Below are positions 26,260 to 38,300 of a stretch of 64,000 bases of DNA, piece by piece. How positions within the stretch are numbered: the first letter of the stretch is position 1; each line of letters opens with the position of its first letter. The notes below the pieces were generated by a model that was not told where the DNA came from, made no database searches, and saw nothing but the letters and a program-made list of their open reading frames with translations. Source of the DNA: Balanoglossus misakiensis (taxonomy: Eukaryota > Animalia > Hemichordata); the NCBI GenBank assembly GCA_040954595.2, contig CM082590.2:558001-622000 (forward strand), in the 5' to 3' direction. The translations under genes and the position numbers were made by a program.

Positions 26260-26929
26260 TACAAACATCTGAAGTACACAAGTACTAGTTGGCTTTCATA
26301 TCAAGACGCAGATGCTGTAATTTAGATAAACAAGCAGTATACATGTATGTGTTGTAACCCTTTCATTCCCAGTTCCCTCTTGAGAGATCCAACCTTACCG
26401 TAGAAAATAATGTGTTTGGACTGAACCATGGCAGTGAAAATCGTGTTAAAATACTCCTTCCATTGTTGAAAGTTTTTTAATCATTGATCGGTCCTGTTAT
26501 GTTTTGAATACATTGGTATCAGTGTAATGTGGCATTTAAATAAATTTTGTCAACACATACATTTCTTGATTTGAGTCATCTATGAATAGTGTGCTGTGGA
26601 GCTTCAACTTGTAAAATGGACAAATGTGATTAAGTTGAACCCTTTTCCCCCCATTTCCCTCTTTAGAGGCCCGATACAATACAGAATAATAGATTTGGAA
26701 AATATTAAATCAAGGACACATGTTCTCAGTATAGGGATTTTATGGCTTTTTCTGGATCCAACCATTTGGTTCAGGTTGGCTGAAGGTGGGGTTTTACAGT
26801 GTTTCATCTAGACAGGGCCTCCCCTAAGGGGAGATTAATGTTTTTGAATAACAGTTAACAGTGGTTTCGTTCGTATTTAACACAGGCTGTGCTCAACGTG
26901 TATTAATTCCATAAAATCACAGGATGCTG

Positions 26930-27370
26930 TTCTACGTTTTGGTGTCCCACAAGGGTCTGTTTTAGGAACCATCCTTTATACTCTTTACACAACTCCCCTT
27001 GATGATTGTGATGGGCGAGTAAACACTCAGACAACGCTTTTATAACGTTTTTACTGACTTTTAATCAGTCATGACTGAACATAAAAAAAATCTAAATACA
27101 TAACAAGAGAACAAACGATAATGTTGGGTTGAGGGCGCTCTTCAAAGAGAAATGACAGTGTCAACGCTTGTTTTGTATAGAACATACTGGTATTTATACA
27201 GAGTTGAACCAAATATATTTCATCACAATGATATCATTTCTTCCCATGACCTTGATTACATGCTTTCAGCCGACAATTCTCAGATTTATGTTGTTTGCAA
27301 TAGTCCAGACGATGTCAGGGTTGATCAAATATGTTGATCCTTACTGATGAAAAGACTCAGATCACTAAAG
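26930..27370 (+). mobile_element. Decayed L2-type LINE RT fragment (appears to resume at ~29300-29740)
   Basis: GVPQGSVLG motif at ~26941; remnants of DYCN, QNA and LHWLPV near 29460-29590. Confidence 0.75.
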
Positions 27371-27393
27371 TCAATCCGTTCACCACAATAAAA

Positions 27394-29285
27394 GATAATA
27401 ATAATAATAATAATATTTAATTCTTAAAAAACGCTTTCCATGTAAAAAGACATCCCAAAGCGCTGTACATCGCTGCTTAAAAATACAAAGACAAGTAAAA
27501 TGCTAAAAATGTATAATAAAAAAAATATAGACAATGGTTAAAAATGGATAAAAAAAGTCATTCCCTGAATAAAAACGTTTTAAGGTTGGATTTAAAAACA
27601 TTAAAATTCTCACTGCTACGGAGTGGAACCGGTAGCTTATTCCACAACCGTGGTGCTCCTGTAGAGAATGACCTGTCACCATAAAAGACTGTGTTAACTT
27701 TGGGATGATCAAGAATAAAAGAACAATCAGTTGTAGAACGAAGGTTACGGACAGAAGAACGAACACTTATGAGCTCCTTCAGGTACGACGGAGCCATATT
27801 ATTTAAAACTTTGTAGGTTAAACAAAGAATTTTAAAATCAATCCGTTTCTGTATAGGAAGCCAGTGCAATCTCTTAAGTAGTGGTGTAATATGTTCTGTT
27901 TTCCTGCTTTTAGTGACTAAAAGTGCAGCGGCATTCTGAATAGACTGAAGCGCAACTCGTCAAAATACGGACATCACTCGAATACGATGCGTTATCGACC
28001 AAAATCCGTGTAGTAACCCCTAATTATACGAAACAACTTCTTGGTATCAGCACACGCAATACGGCTACGATGATAGGATGAATGTGCATCACGTAATCTG
28101 GCTGTATACTGGTTTCTAGCGGATTTAAACATTTCTTCATGTACAACCAGGCCTGTCTTCACCCACTGCCTTTCTAACTGACGGAGCTTTTGTCGTAACT
28201 TCAGTAAATCTTCTGTAAACCACGGTGAACGCACTTTGTCCAAAACATATTTCGTGACAACAGGTGCAATGGCATCAATAACTGTAGTCAGGGCTTCATT
28301 ATACGTACTCACAAGAAGAGAAGGGCACCCGTCAATTTCTAAGAGAGTTGGCAATGGAGATGATGCAATTTTCTGCTGAAGATCACTGAATAGATGTCGA
28401 TGTTAGTAAGCTTTCTTGATGAACGGAGAGTTCTAAGTGGACGTGGTCGCATGAAGACAGTTGAAAAGTGAATGGCAGCATGGTCAGATGGCAAGAGCCA
28501 ATCACATCTGGTTTCGTTTACACATGGATCAGCTGCGTGAGTGATAATTAAATCCAATGTGTGGCCTTTTGTATGCGTCGGTCCAATTACATGTTGTGCA
28601 AGTCCCATTGTGTTGAGTAAATCTACAAACTTAATGTTGTCATTATTCGTACCATCGTCAAAGTGAATGTTAAAATCACCAACAATTACCACATTCTCTA
28701 AGAGGGTGGAAAATTCACGTAGGAAGTCATTGACAGTTCCCTTTGGTGGTCTATAGATGACTAGAAGGCGAACAACTGATGTTATAACACACCATGCAGC
28801 GAACCCTCGATCGTGATTCGTCAATACGACGTCACGTGACCTTAGTCATTTCGAACTGTTGCCTTGGGCATCAGTTCGATTGGTTTGGTGTGTTATAAAA
28901 CACATGATGGCTGACATATTCGGGCAACAGTGTATTTGCTATGCCCTCGGGAAAACAAGACTGTTTTAGTTGTGAATAGCAGCACCCTCGGTCATCAAAA
29001 TACACTGTTGCCCTCATTGTCAGTCATCATGTGTATAATGAAATAGTCACGTTACCATCAATGACTTCAAAACTCTTGAATGACTGTGTCTTGTTTGAGA
29101 TGAATTTCAGGTTGGATCTGAATATAACAGCTATCCCTCCACCCCGTTGTTTTGCACGCGATACCTGGAATATTCTGTAACCACTCAGAGTTGATGATAA
29201 ACGCGCTGAGATGTTATTGTCCGATTCTTTTAACCATGTTTCAGTTACAGCAAATATATCGGTCTTATTCTGAATGATCTCTGTG
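27394..29285 (-). mobile_element. L2/CR1-type LINE, endonuclease plus RT C-terminus, central RT deleted
   Basis: APE motifs TETW, IYRPP, VGDFNIH, GHTLDLI, SDH; C-terminus HWLPIQKRIDFKIL...FKSNLKTFLF; (ATT)n tail at ~27394-27415. Confidence 0.9.
28896..29037. mobile_element. Short palindromic element (Crypton-like) inserted in the LINE; relative at ~53011-53196
   Basis: ACACATGATGGCTGAC...GTCAGTCATCATGTGT with inner IR GGGCAACAGTGTATTT/AAATACACTGTTGCCC. Confidence 0.55.
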
Positions 29286-30784
29286 TGCTGCTTGATTGGA
29301 TGGTTCTATGATAAATCAAATAAACAGCACATGTAAATCTGCCTTTTCGCATTGTACAAAATCAGTAAAATTTATTTGTTCTTTGATAGATACTCTGACC
29401 AAAGAGAAATTTATACATGCATTTGCTACCTCACTACAGGATTATTGTAATAGCCTAATGCATAGGATTCCATGACTACCAGCTTAAGAAACTTCAGTAA
29501 GTTCAGAATGCGACCGCACACATTGAAACACATTCTAAGAAATGTGAACATATCACGCCTGTTATATTTCAACTTCATTGGTTGCCAGTGAAAGAGAGAA
29601 TCAAATTCAAAATTTTGTTTTTGTTTTTTGAAATTCTTCGTAGTGAATGTCCACGGTACTTGCAATCGTTGGTAGATATACATATCGCTGAGCAGGCTAG
29701 GCTCTTCGTTCATCTAACAAAATTTCTCTTCCAGGCGTGACACCAGGAACACTACAAAAAAAGCGCTTCTGAGAAATAAATATTTTTTAATAAATTATAT
29801 AAATCACACTACAATCTCAAAAAATCATAGAATACAAACACAACTTGAGTCCATTGAACGGAAATTAGGTGGACTTGTTATTGGTGACCTGAAATTGTGA
29901 AGAATAATATATATACAATATATTTTTGCCAATATTTGCCTCTTTTTAATCTAAAGTATGGTTCTCTAAATGCATTTTGCTTTGAAATTTAATGCAACAT
30001 TGCATGGTGGGTCGTGAGCAAACTAGTCGGGACCATAAAGGAAATAGTGGTATTTTTACAAAGCAAAATTGTGGCATTGCAAAAAGTCTCAGTGTACAAA
30101 ATCATGTAGTAACAAAAGGTTTTGCCAACATTAATAGTCTGAACCAGACCTGGAATGAGATAACTATAGGGTCAGAACTCGCTTCATAAATGAGCATTTT
30201 TAAACAAAATTATGTGGTTTTACAGGAAAACGGGCGTGGGGATCCCAGTTCTTTTAAAATCGCGTCAAGGACACGGTGGTCTCATTTAGGGATTACACAA
30301 ACAAGTCTACACCGGAGTATATAGTATGGACAGACACACACACACATAGCGAGAGATCAATGGGCAAACACTGACTGACCCACAAGCTGCCAATGGCATG
30401 TGTGTTGTACATACACCAAATAGAACAGCTGGTCTCTTTAATAGTTAGCCAGTTCTGTAATCATGCTGGAATTTGCTGTGTTTACAAAATAATGTCAGTA
30501 GGGGTGCATCTTTTATTACAAAGAACTATATAGTGGTAATTGTTCTTCGTGAGATAAAAAAAATGTGGTATAAGACAAAATATCCTACAAAATATAGAAG
30601 TTCCAAATTACCTATGATTTGACTCCATAATAATTCTAAAGAAGCCAATCCCATTAATTGACAACTCAAATTTTAAAGTAATCAGCCATACAGTGTACAC
30701 TTTCTGAGAAATAAGTTTTTTTATCAAAATTCGAACATATGCCCCCAAAATACAAGATATTGCCCCCACAAAATATTGACACTT

Positions 30785-31760
30785 TAATAATAATAATAAT
30801 AATAATAATGTTTTATTTACCCATTAATTAAAGGGTACATATGATAGGTAAAAATACAAATGGTGGGTAAATATGGAGTCAGGAAATAGCCACAGCTAGT
30901 CTAGCCTGTACTCCTACAATATAGCTTGCTTGGTTACAGAAAAAAAAAAAAGATAATGTTGAGGGAACGCTTGAAGCGTGATTCAAGTACAATCTCACTA
31001 CAACAGTGTAAAGTTATCCATTGCAAATGGTAATGGAAAAAAGAAAGGAACAACAATCACAAACAAACAAACAAAACAGCATCATACTACATCAAGAAAA
31101 TTACAAATTCATTTGTACTGGTTTAAGAGGTGTTGTTTAAATGTCCTACGAAATTGGCATAAAGTATTTGAAGACTTAATTTGTGGAGGAATATCGTTCC
31201 AGATTTTTGCTCCAGTATGTGATATCGAGAACTGGCCTGAGTTTGTTTTGGCATGGAACGGGCGTAGATAGTGATGTAACCAAATTCTGGTATTATGCTC
31301 ATGACTTGTTGTGTTAAAATAATCTGAAAGTGAATGTGGAGATTTCTGGTGATATAAATAATAAATGAAGGAACCTAGTAAATAACTGTGAAGCTTGGTA
31401 ATATCCAAAATATTCAGTTGATTAAAGAGAGGAGAAGAATGGTCCATGTGTGATTTGAAAAGCATTATACGTACAATTGTTTTTTGGGCAACTTGGATAC
31501 AACGTAACTTTGTGGGGTAAGTATTGCCCCAAACCTCAAGACCATATGTAACATGGGGGAGTATGAAGGCGTTATAATACAAAATTCTGATATGGAGTGG
31601 TAAAATATTTCTAATCTTGTATAAAATTCCACAGTGCTTCCTAATGAGATTATTTATTTTACTAATTTGATGTGACCATGACAGATGCTTATCCAATAAA
31701 ACCCCAACAAATGGTATCACATCAACCTCTTTGATTTCTTCATTCTGGATTTGCAATCAT
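30785..31760 (-). mobile_element. 5'-truncated CR1/L2-clade LINE, 3' end
   Basis: ORF 31109-31756 (FVGVLLDKHLSW...YYNAFILPHVTYGLEVWG...GAKIWNDIP); AATAAA and (ATT)n tail at ~30785-30817. Confidence 0.9.
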
Positions 31761-31895
31761 AGGTTTTGTAAATCATCATGAGAACTCACCCAGGAATCTT
31801 CAAATCACATTTCGAAGCAATGGGGTAGAGGGTTCTGAGAAAGAGTTTTGACAAAAAGTGGCAAAAAACACCCCAAAAATATACTATTGAATTCT

Positions 31896-33438
31896 AGGTG
31901 TTGGAAGTTTGTTACTTATTCCCTATTCCTTATTCCTTATTCGAATGTGAAGTTTGTTACTTATTCCTTATTCCTTATTCCTTATTCGGATGTGAAGTTT
32001 GTTACTTATTCCTTATTGCTTATTCGAAATCTGAAGTCTGTGACTTATTGCTTATTCGAAATCTGAAGTCTGTGACTTATTCCTTATTCGAAATCTGAAG
32101 TCTGTGACTTATTCCTTATTCGAAATCTGAAGTCTGTGACTTATTCCTTATTCAAAGCTGAAGTCTGTGACTTATTCCTTATTCGGATTTTGAAGTCTGT
32201 GACTTATTCCTTATTCGGATTCTGAAGTCTGTGACTTATTCCTTATTCGGATTCTGAAGTCTGTGACTTATTCCTTATTCGAAATCTGAAGTCTGTGACT
32301 TATTCCTTATTCAAAGCTGAAGTCTGTGACTTATTCCTTATTCAAAGCTGAAGTCTGTGACTTATTCCTTATTCGGATTCTGAAGTCTGTGACTTATTCC
32401 TTATTCGAAATCTGAAGTCTGTGACTTATTCCTTATTCAAAGCTGAAGTCTGTGACTTATTCCTTATTCGGATTCTGAAGTCTGTTACTTATTCCTTATT
32501 CGGATTCTGTGACTAATATTCCTTATACCTTATTCGGATTTTGAATTAAGTCTCTCAAAATCAGGCCGACCCCCCCCCTTCAACCAGCACCAAAAAATGA
32601 TGACCCCCCCCCCTTTGACAGACCCAAAAATATGATGACCCCCCCCCCCCCCCATCAATTACACCAGCTTGTTTACTCTGGGTCAAGTACCTATGTCAAT
32701 ACAGGACTAAAACAATACAAGTGAATGACATCTTATTTACGTAATCGTAGAAAGGATCTATGAGCGTTCAAACTCAGTCGTAACAACAGACTTCAGATTT
32801 CGAATAAGGAATAAGTCACAGACTTCAGCTTTGAATAAGAAATAAGTCACAGACTTCAGAATCCGAATAAGGAATAAGTAACAGACTTCAGAATCCGAAT
32901 AAGGAATAAGTCACAGACTTCAGCTTTGAATAAGGAATAAGTCACAGACTTCAGCTTTGAATAAGGAATAAGTAACAAACTTCACATTCGAATAAGGAAT
33001 AAGGAATAAGTAACAAACTTCATATTCGAATAAGGAATAAGGAATAAGTCACAGACTTCAGCTTTGAATAAGGAATAAGTCACAGACTTCAGATTTCGAA
33101 TAAGGAATAAGTCACAGACTTCAGCTTTGAATAAGGAATAAGGAATAAGTAACAAACTTCACATTCGAATAAGGAATAAGTAACAAACTTCACATTCGAA
33201 TAAGGAATAAGGAATAAGTAACAAACTTCATATTCGAATAAGGAATAAGGAATAAGTCACAGACTTCAGCTTTGAATAAGGAATAAGTCACAGACTTCAG
33301 ATTTCGAATAAGGAATAAGTCACAGACTTCAGCTTTGAATAAGGAATAAGTAACAAACTTCACATTCGAATAAGGAATAAGTAACAAACTTCACATTCGA
33401 ATAAGGAATAAGGAATAAGTAACAAACTTCACGGACCC
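31896..33438. mobile_element. Foldback-type element: inverted arms built from 32/39-bp tandem repeats, 9-bp TSD
   Basis: Left array (GAAGTCTGTGACTTATTCCTTATTCGAAATCT)n ~31905-32540; right array is its reverse complement, ~32785-33432; TSD TTGAATTCT at 31887-31895 and 33439-33447. Confidence 0.9.
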
Positions 33439-34252
33439 TTGAATTCTTCACGTTAATTTGAAAAACATACATGCAAATCTTAAATGGGTACCCTTACGAA
33501 TATGCCTACCAAATTTCAACAAAGTCTGACAAGAGGTTTTAGAGAGAAAAAATGATCAAATAAGGCAAAAATTATAAATATGCAAATTTTGCAACAATTT
33601 AAACAAAACTATGGTAACTCAGATCACATATATGAAGCTTCATACTAAATGCATACATGCATGCATGCATGCATGCATGCATGTATGCATGTATCAATTT
33701 GACCCTTTCTGGCCGGATATCCTATATATAGGAGAAATTTGGGTACGTTCCCAGAAAGCCAGGCTTGAAAGTATGGGGGCCAGTTCTGGTCAAAATTGTA
33801 GTTTATTAATAAAACGTGTTAGAATTAATTTTGTAGAGCCTGGAATTAATTTTACCAGTATATAGAATTAATTTTTATGTGCTTTAATTAATTTTTTGTA
33901 GTCATGCAGGATTAATTTTATGTGTTCTAAATAACTATTTTAGCTGATCTTTGTTAGAAATAATTTTGCCTACATCTCGAATTAATTTTACTTGTAGAGT
34001 CGAATTAATTTTACGTGTAGTGTTGAATTAATTACAGGTGTAGTGTGGAATTAATTTCACGTGTTGTGTCGAATTAATTTTACGTGGTCAGTTTTGTCAG
34101 TACCACTACAGACCATGAGTTTGACGGACCGAAAGAGTTTTTTTGAAGGCAACCCGAAAGATTCGGAATCCGGAATCCAGTGGAACGGGCAGCAATCGCT
34201 ATGATGTAGACAACCCTGTTAGGAAGGGAAAGGCCAAGAAAAAGAAGGCAAA

Positions 34253-35239
34253 TGTAGCGGCACACAAACAGACTTCCTTTTATGGCCAACTATATAGTCT
34301 GCTGCGCACTGCTTGGGGTAAACAGTCAGGGTAGATCTCTCCGCAATGCGTCCCTCTTTAACAAATCACTGCTAGTGTCAAATTCTTTGTCACGGGGTTT
34401 ATTCGACACTATACATAGACGTGGAACGGTAAACTTAAAGACGTGGAACGTAGAACGATTGACTGAAAATAAAATAAAATAATACACTACATAAGTATTT
34501 GTCACTGTTACACAACTCGAGGGTTCAAAGGTCAAGTTTACCACCTTGAACCATGGCCTCTTATGTAGGGCGCCCTCTAGAGGCAAGAAGCATGCACTTG
34601 CCCCCTCTAAAGTACTTTGCATTCCAAAGCCTAATTAATTATGCATAAAGCACTTTCAAACAGAAGAAACTCTAAATCTATAAAATACATCACTGAAGTC
34701 AAAAAGCAACTTGTGTTCGACGAACTGTCTAAATCAGAGTCCGTGGAAAGTCTTCGTATGAAATATGATGTATAAAACTGAATTGAAAATTGCCACATGC
34801 CATCTCTGCCAGGAGAGAATGGCCAACTTGTGTGGTACTCACAGTCCACGAATAAAACTCGATTTCTACAGAACATTTTGGCTCGAAAATAGGCTTACCG
34901 GAATTATGTGACCTCCTGGCTGTTAGCCCATCAAAACAATACAATTCGTGGACTGGTCCGTCCCTTTTTGAGTGTGTTTGAAGCACAAAACCGACACTCT
35001 CTCTTCAGCACAATGCTTGCTCTTTGAAAACCCATGTGCTTCTGAAACCTAATACTTACACTTGACTGAAGTTGGACTTTGATATGGTATTACATAATGG
35101 GGGTAATGCCCTTGACAGGAAGTATGAGTCACTGTTATACAAGTGCCTTGACCTAGTGTCGATACTAAGCAAATTTAAGTCAAACAGAAACCATAGAAAT
35201 AAAACTGCTACTTTAAGCTAAATATTTTTGGCCGTAACA
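34253..35239 (-). mobile_element. BEL/Pao 3' LTR (987 bp, TG...CA)
   Basis: Minus strand TGTTACGGCC...CCGCTACA, preceded by the purine-rich tract AATTAGGGGACCGGAA; 34253-34731 is repeated at 41540-42017. Confidence 0.88.
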
Positions 35240-35376
35240 TTCCGGTCCCCTAATTGTAAGGAAATGCTTTCGGAGCAATTACCAAACTAGTAATAGGTCC
35301 AAAAATTACTAGATTTTGGTTCTGCGTTCCTAGACGGTAGTAGGGTGAATGCGACTACGAACGGATAGATTCTAGA

Positions 35377-38300
35377 CTATACTTGGCGCCACCTGCGACG
35401 AGCGTAGTTGTCGTTCTTGCAAAATATACCAGGTGGTAGATTCTGTGTGGGCTGCAACATCAGTAGATGATTCGGTGTGAGAACTTCAAGATCATTCGGA
35501 TCATCAGATAGCTTGGTGATGGGGCGACTGTTGATAATGGCTTCAACTTCACAGAACAACGTCTGCAGCGCTTCATCATCTAAACGAATAGCCTGTTCTT
35601 TCATCAAGGAGAACAATATCTTCCGTATGGTTCTGATCTGACGTTCCCATATTCCTCCGAAGTGAGATGCCGCTGGGGGGTTGAACTCCCACTTCACACT
35701 GTGTTGATATAGGGCTTCAGATATTTTGTGGTGATTCCACTTCTCAATTTCTTCGTGTAGTTCACGATTGGCACCGACGAAATTGGTTCCGTTGTCAGAT
35801 CTGATCACTTTCACTTGACCTCTTCTTGCTGTAGATCGTCGAAGGCTGTTGATGCATGAGTCTGTATCTAGCGAGTGTGCCACTTCGAGATGTACAGCCC
35901 GTGTCGCCAAACAAGTAAAGATGACTCCATACCTCTTCACTGTGCTGCGACCACGCTTGACTTCCAACGGGCCGAAGTAGTCTACACCTGTTCTCGTGAA
36001 TGGTGCTTCTTCTGGTGTGATGCGGTCTGCCGGCAGGTCTGTCATTTTCTGCTCACCGACCTTCGCTCTGTATCTTCGACAGATCACGCATTTTGCTATA
36101 ATGCTACGGACTGCAGTGTTTGCTCGCAGGATCCAAAACTTCTCCCTTAGTCTCGCCAACATTGAGTTTCTTCCCATATGTCCGACCGCACGATGTATCT
36201 CTTCTAAGATGAGTCTCGATACTGGAGTGTCCCTTGGGAGGACCATTGGGTGCTTGCTTTCTTCTGGTAGTGACGCTCGCTCAAGACGTCCGCCAACACG
36301 TATTATCCCATCTTTCAGCATCGGATCCAGCTTGTAAAGCGGGCTGGATTTCTTCACTTCTTCACCTTTCTGTAGGGCGGTGACTTCTTCCGGGAAGTGA
36401 CAATGTTGTGTGTCGCGTATAATCGCCTTCTCTGCTTCTTGTAACATTTCGAACGGGAGTGCTGGAATTTCACTTTCCTCCTTACTTCCCCTCTTTCTCA
36501 TCTTTTCTTTGCTGATCAGCTCTTCTTTACCTTTCGTCTCAGGTTCTTCATCGAGATTTTCTCTCAGCATCCCTTTCTGTTGAACTAATCTTCTTAGCTT
36601 TTCTTTCGCCAAGAGAATCCATCCCACTGTCTTCTTGAGTTTCTTCCAGACGGAAACACGTGATATGATGTCATCAATCACCAGTGTGGATGTGTCTGCT
36701 ATTACGGCGTTTATCTGTTTCTTGACCTCTGGGTCATCCTCCGGTATAATCTTCGATACCGATTGTTGTGTAGGCCATTCACTCTCCGGTCCCCATAGGA
36801 ACGCTGGGCCTTCTATCCATCTTTTGTTTCGGAGAAACTGGTGTACAGTCAGCCCTCTGGAAGCATCGTCAGCCGGGTTAGACTGTGTGTTTACGTACTT
36901 CCATTGGTGCATTTCCGAACCTTCACGAATTATGTTGATTCGATTTGAAACAAAGGTGTGGAAACGGGTGGTCTCGTTGGCGATGTATCTCAGTACTGAC
37001 ATGCTGTCTGTCCAGAAATATACCGCATCTATACGCTGATCCAACTCCCTCTCCAACAACTTGTTCATTCTGACTGCCACGGTAGCTGCCATCAATTCCA
37101 AACGAGGAATGGTGGTCTTCTTGAGTGGTGCCACTCTGGCTTTTCCCATCAGTAGAGCGCAATGAATTTCTCCGTCTTCATTCATCAGGCGAACATAGGA
37201 CGCAGTTCCATACCCATGCTCACTTGCATCGGAAAAATGATGTACTTCACACCGCTTCACCTCTCCAAAATCAGCCGGCTTGAAGCATCTACCGTATCTG
37301 ACAGTTCTTCTAGTTGTGGGAGATCGGTTAGCCATTGTCGCCATCTCTTCTGATCTCCTTGACTGATCGTCTGGTCCCATCCGAGATTTCTGTGGCACAG
37401 ATCCTGTAGTAATATTCTCGCTGGCAGTATGAACGGTGATGCTAATCCCAGCGGATCGTAGACCGAACTGACGACTGATAATATGCCCCTTCTGCTTACA
37501 GGTCTGTCTTGGATGTCTATTTTAAATCCCAGAGTGTCTGGTTCGACCGACCAATACACCCCTAGAGCACGTTCGGTTGGCAGGTCATCATAGTCGAGCT
37601 TCAGTTGCTTAACTTCTTTGCCTCTCTCTTGTACGGGAATAGATTCCAAGACCTCACGACTGCTACTGATCCACTTCGTCAGACGAAAGCCTCCCATCTG
37701 GCAAGCTGCTGTCAGTTCTTGTGCTAACTTCATAGCTTCGGGCACACTACTCACTGACTTGAGACAGTCGTCCACGTAGAAATTTCTCATAATTGTGTCG
37801 ATGACTTCAGTATTGAATCTGTGGCTGTTGTCTTGAGCAGTTCTGTGTAGGGCTGTATTCGCACAACTTGGAGATGATACTGCTCCAAATAGATGAACCC
37901 GCATTTGGTAGACTTCTGGCTGGCTGTTAATGTTTCCCTCAGGCCACCAATAGAAGCAAAGACAATCACTGTCTTCTTTGGGCACCTGTACTTGGTGAAA
38001 CATTGCTTCTATGTCTGCCATCAGCGCTACTGGTTCCTGACAAAATCGCAACAGCACACCGACAAGATTGTTAGTCAGATCCGGCCCTTGTAATAATAGG
38101 TCATTGAGAGATATCCCCTGGAACTTCGCCGAACAGTCAAAGACAACACAGATCTTCTCTGGCTTCTTTGGGTGATAGACTCCGTGATGAGGTATATACC
38201 ATATCCTCCCATCGTCTTGCTATGGCCTCTCTTGCTGAACTTTGACAGCGTAGCCCTTGTCAATTATATCTGACATGAACTTCTTATAGTCCTCCTGGAA

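Noticed and set aside
31905-33432. 32-bp repeats resembling a CRISPR array
   Set aside because: Units are contiguous with no unique spacers, no cas genes, eukaryotic context; explained as foldback arms.
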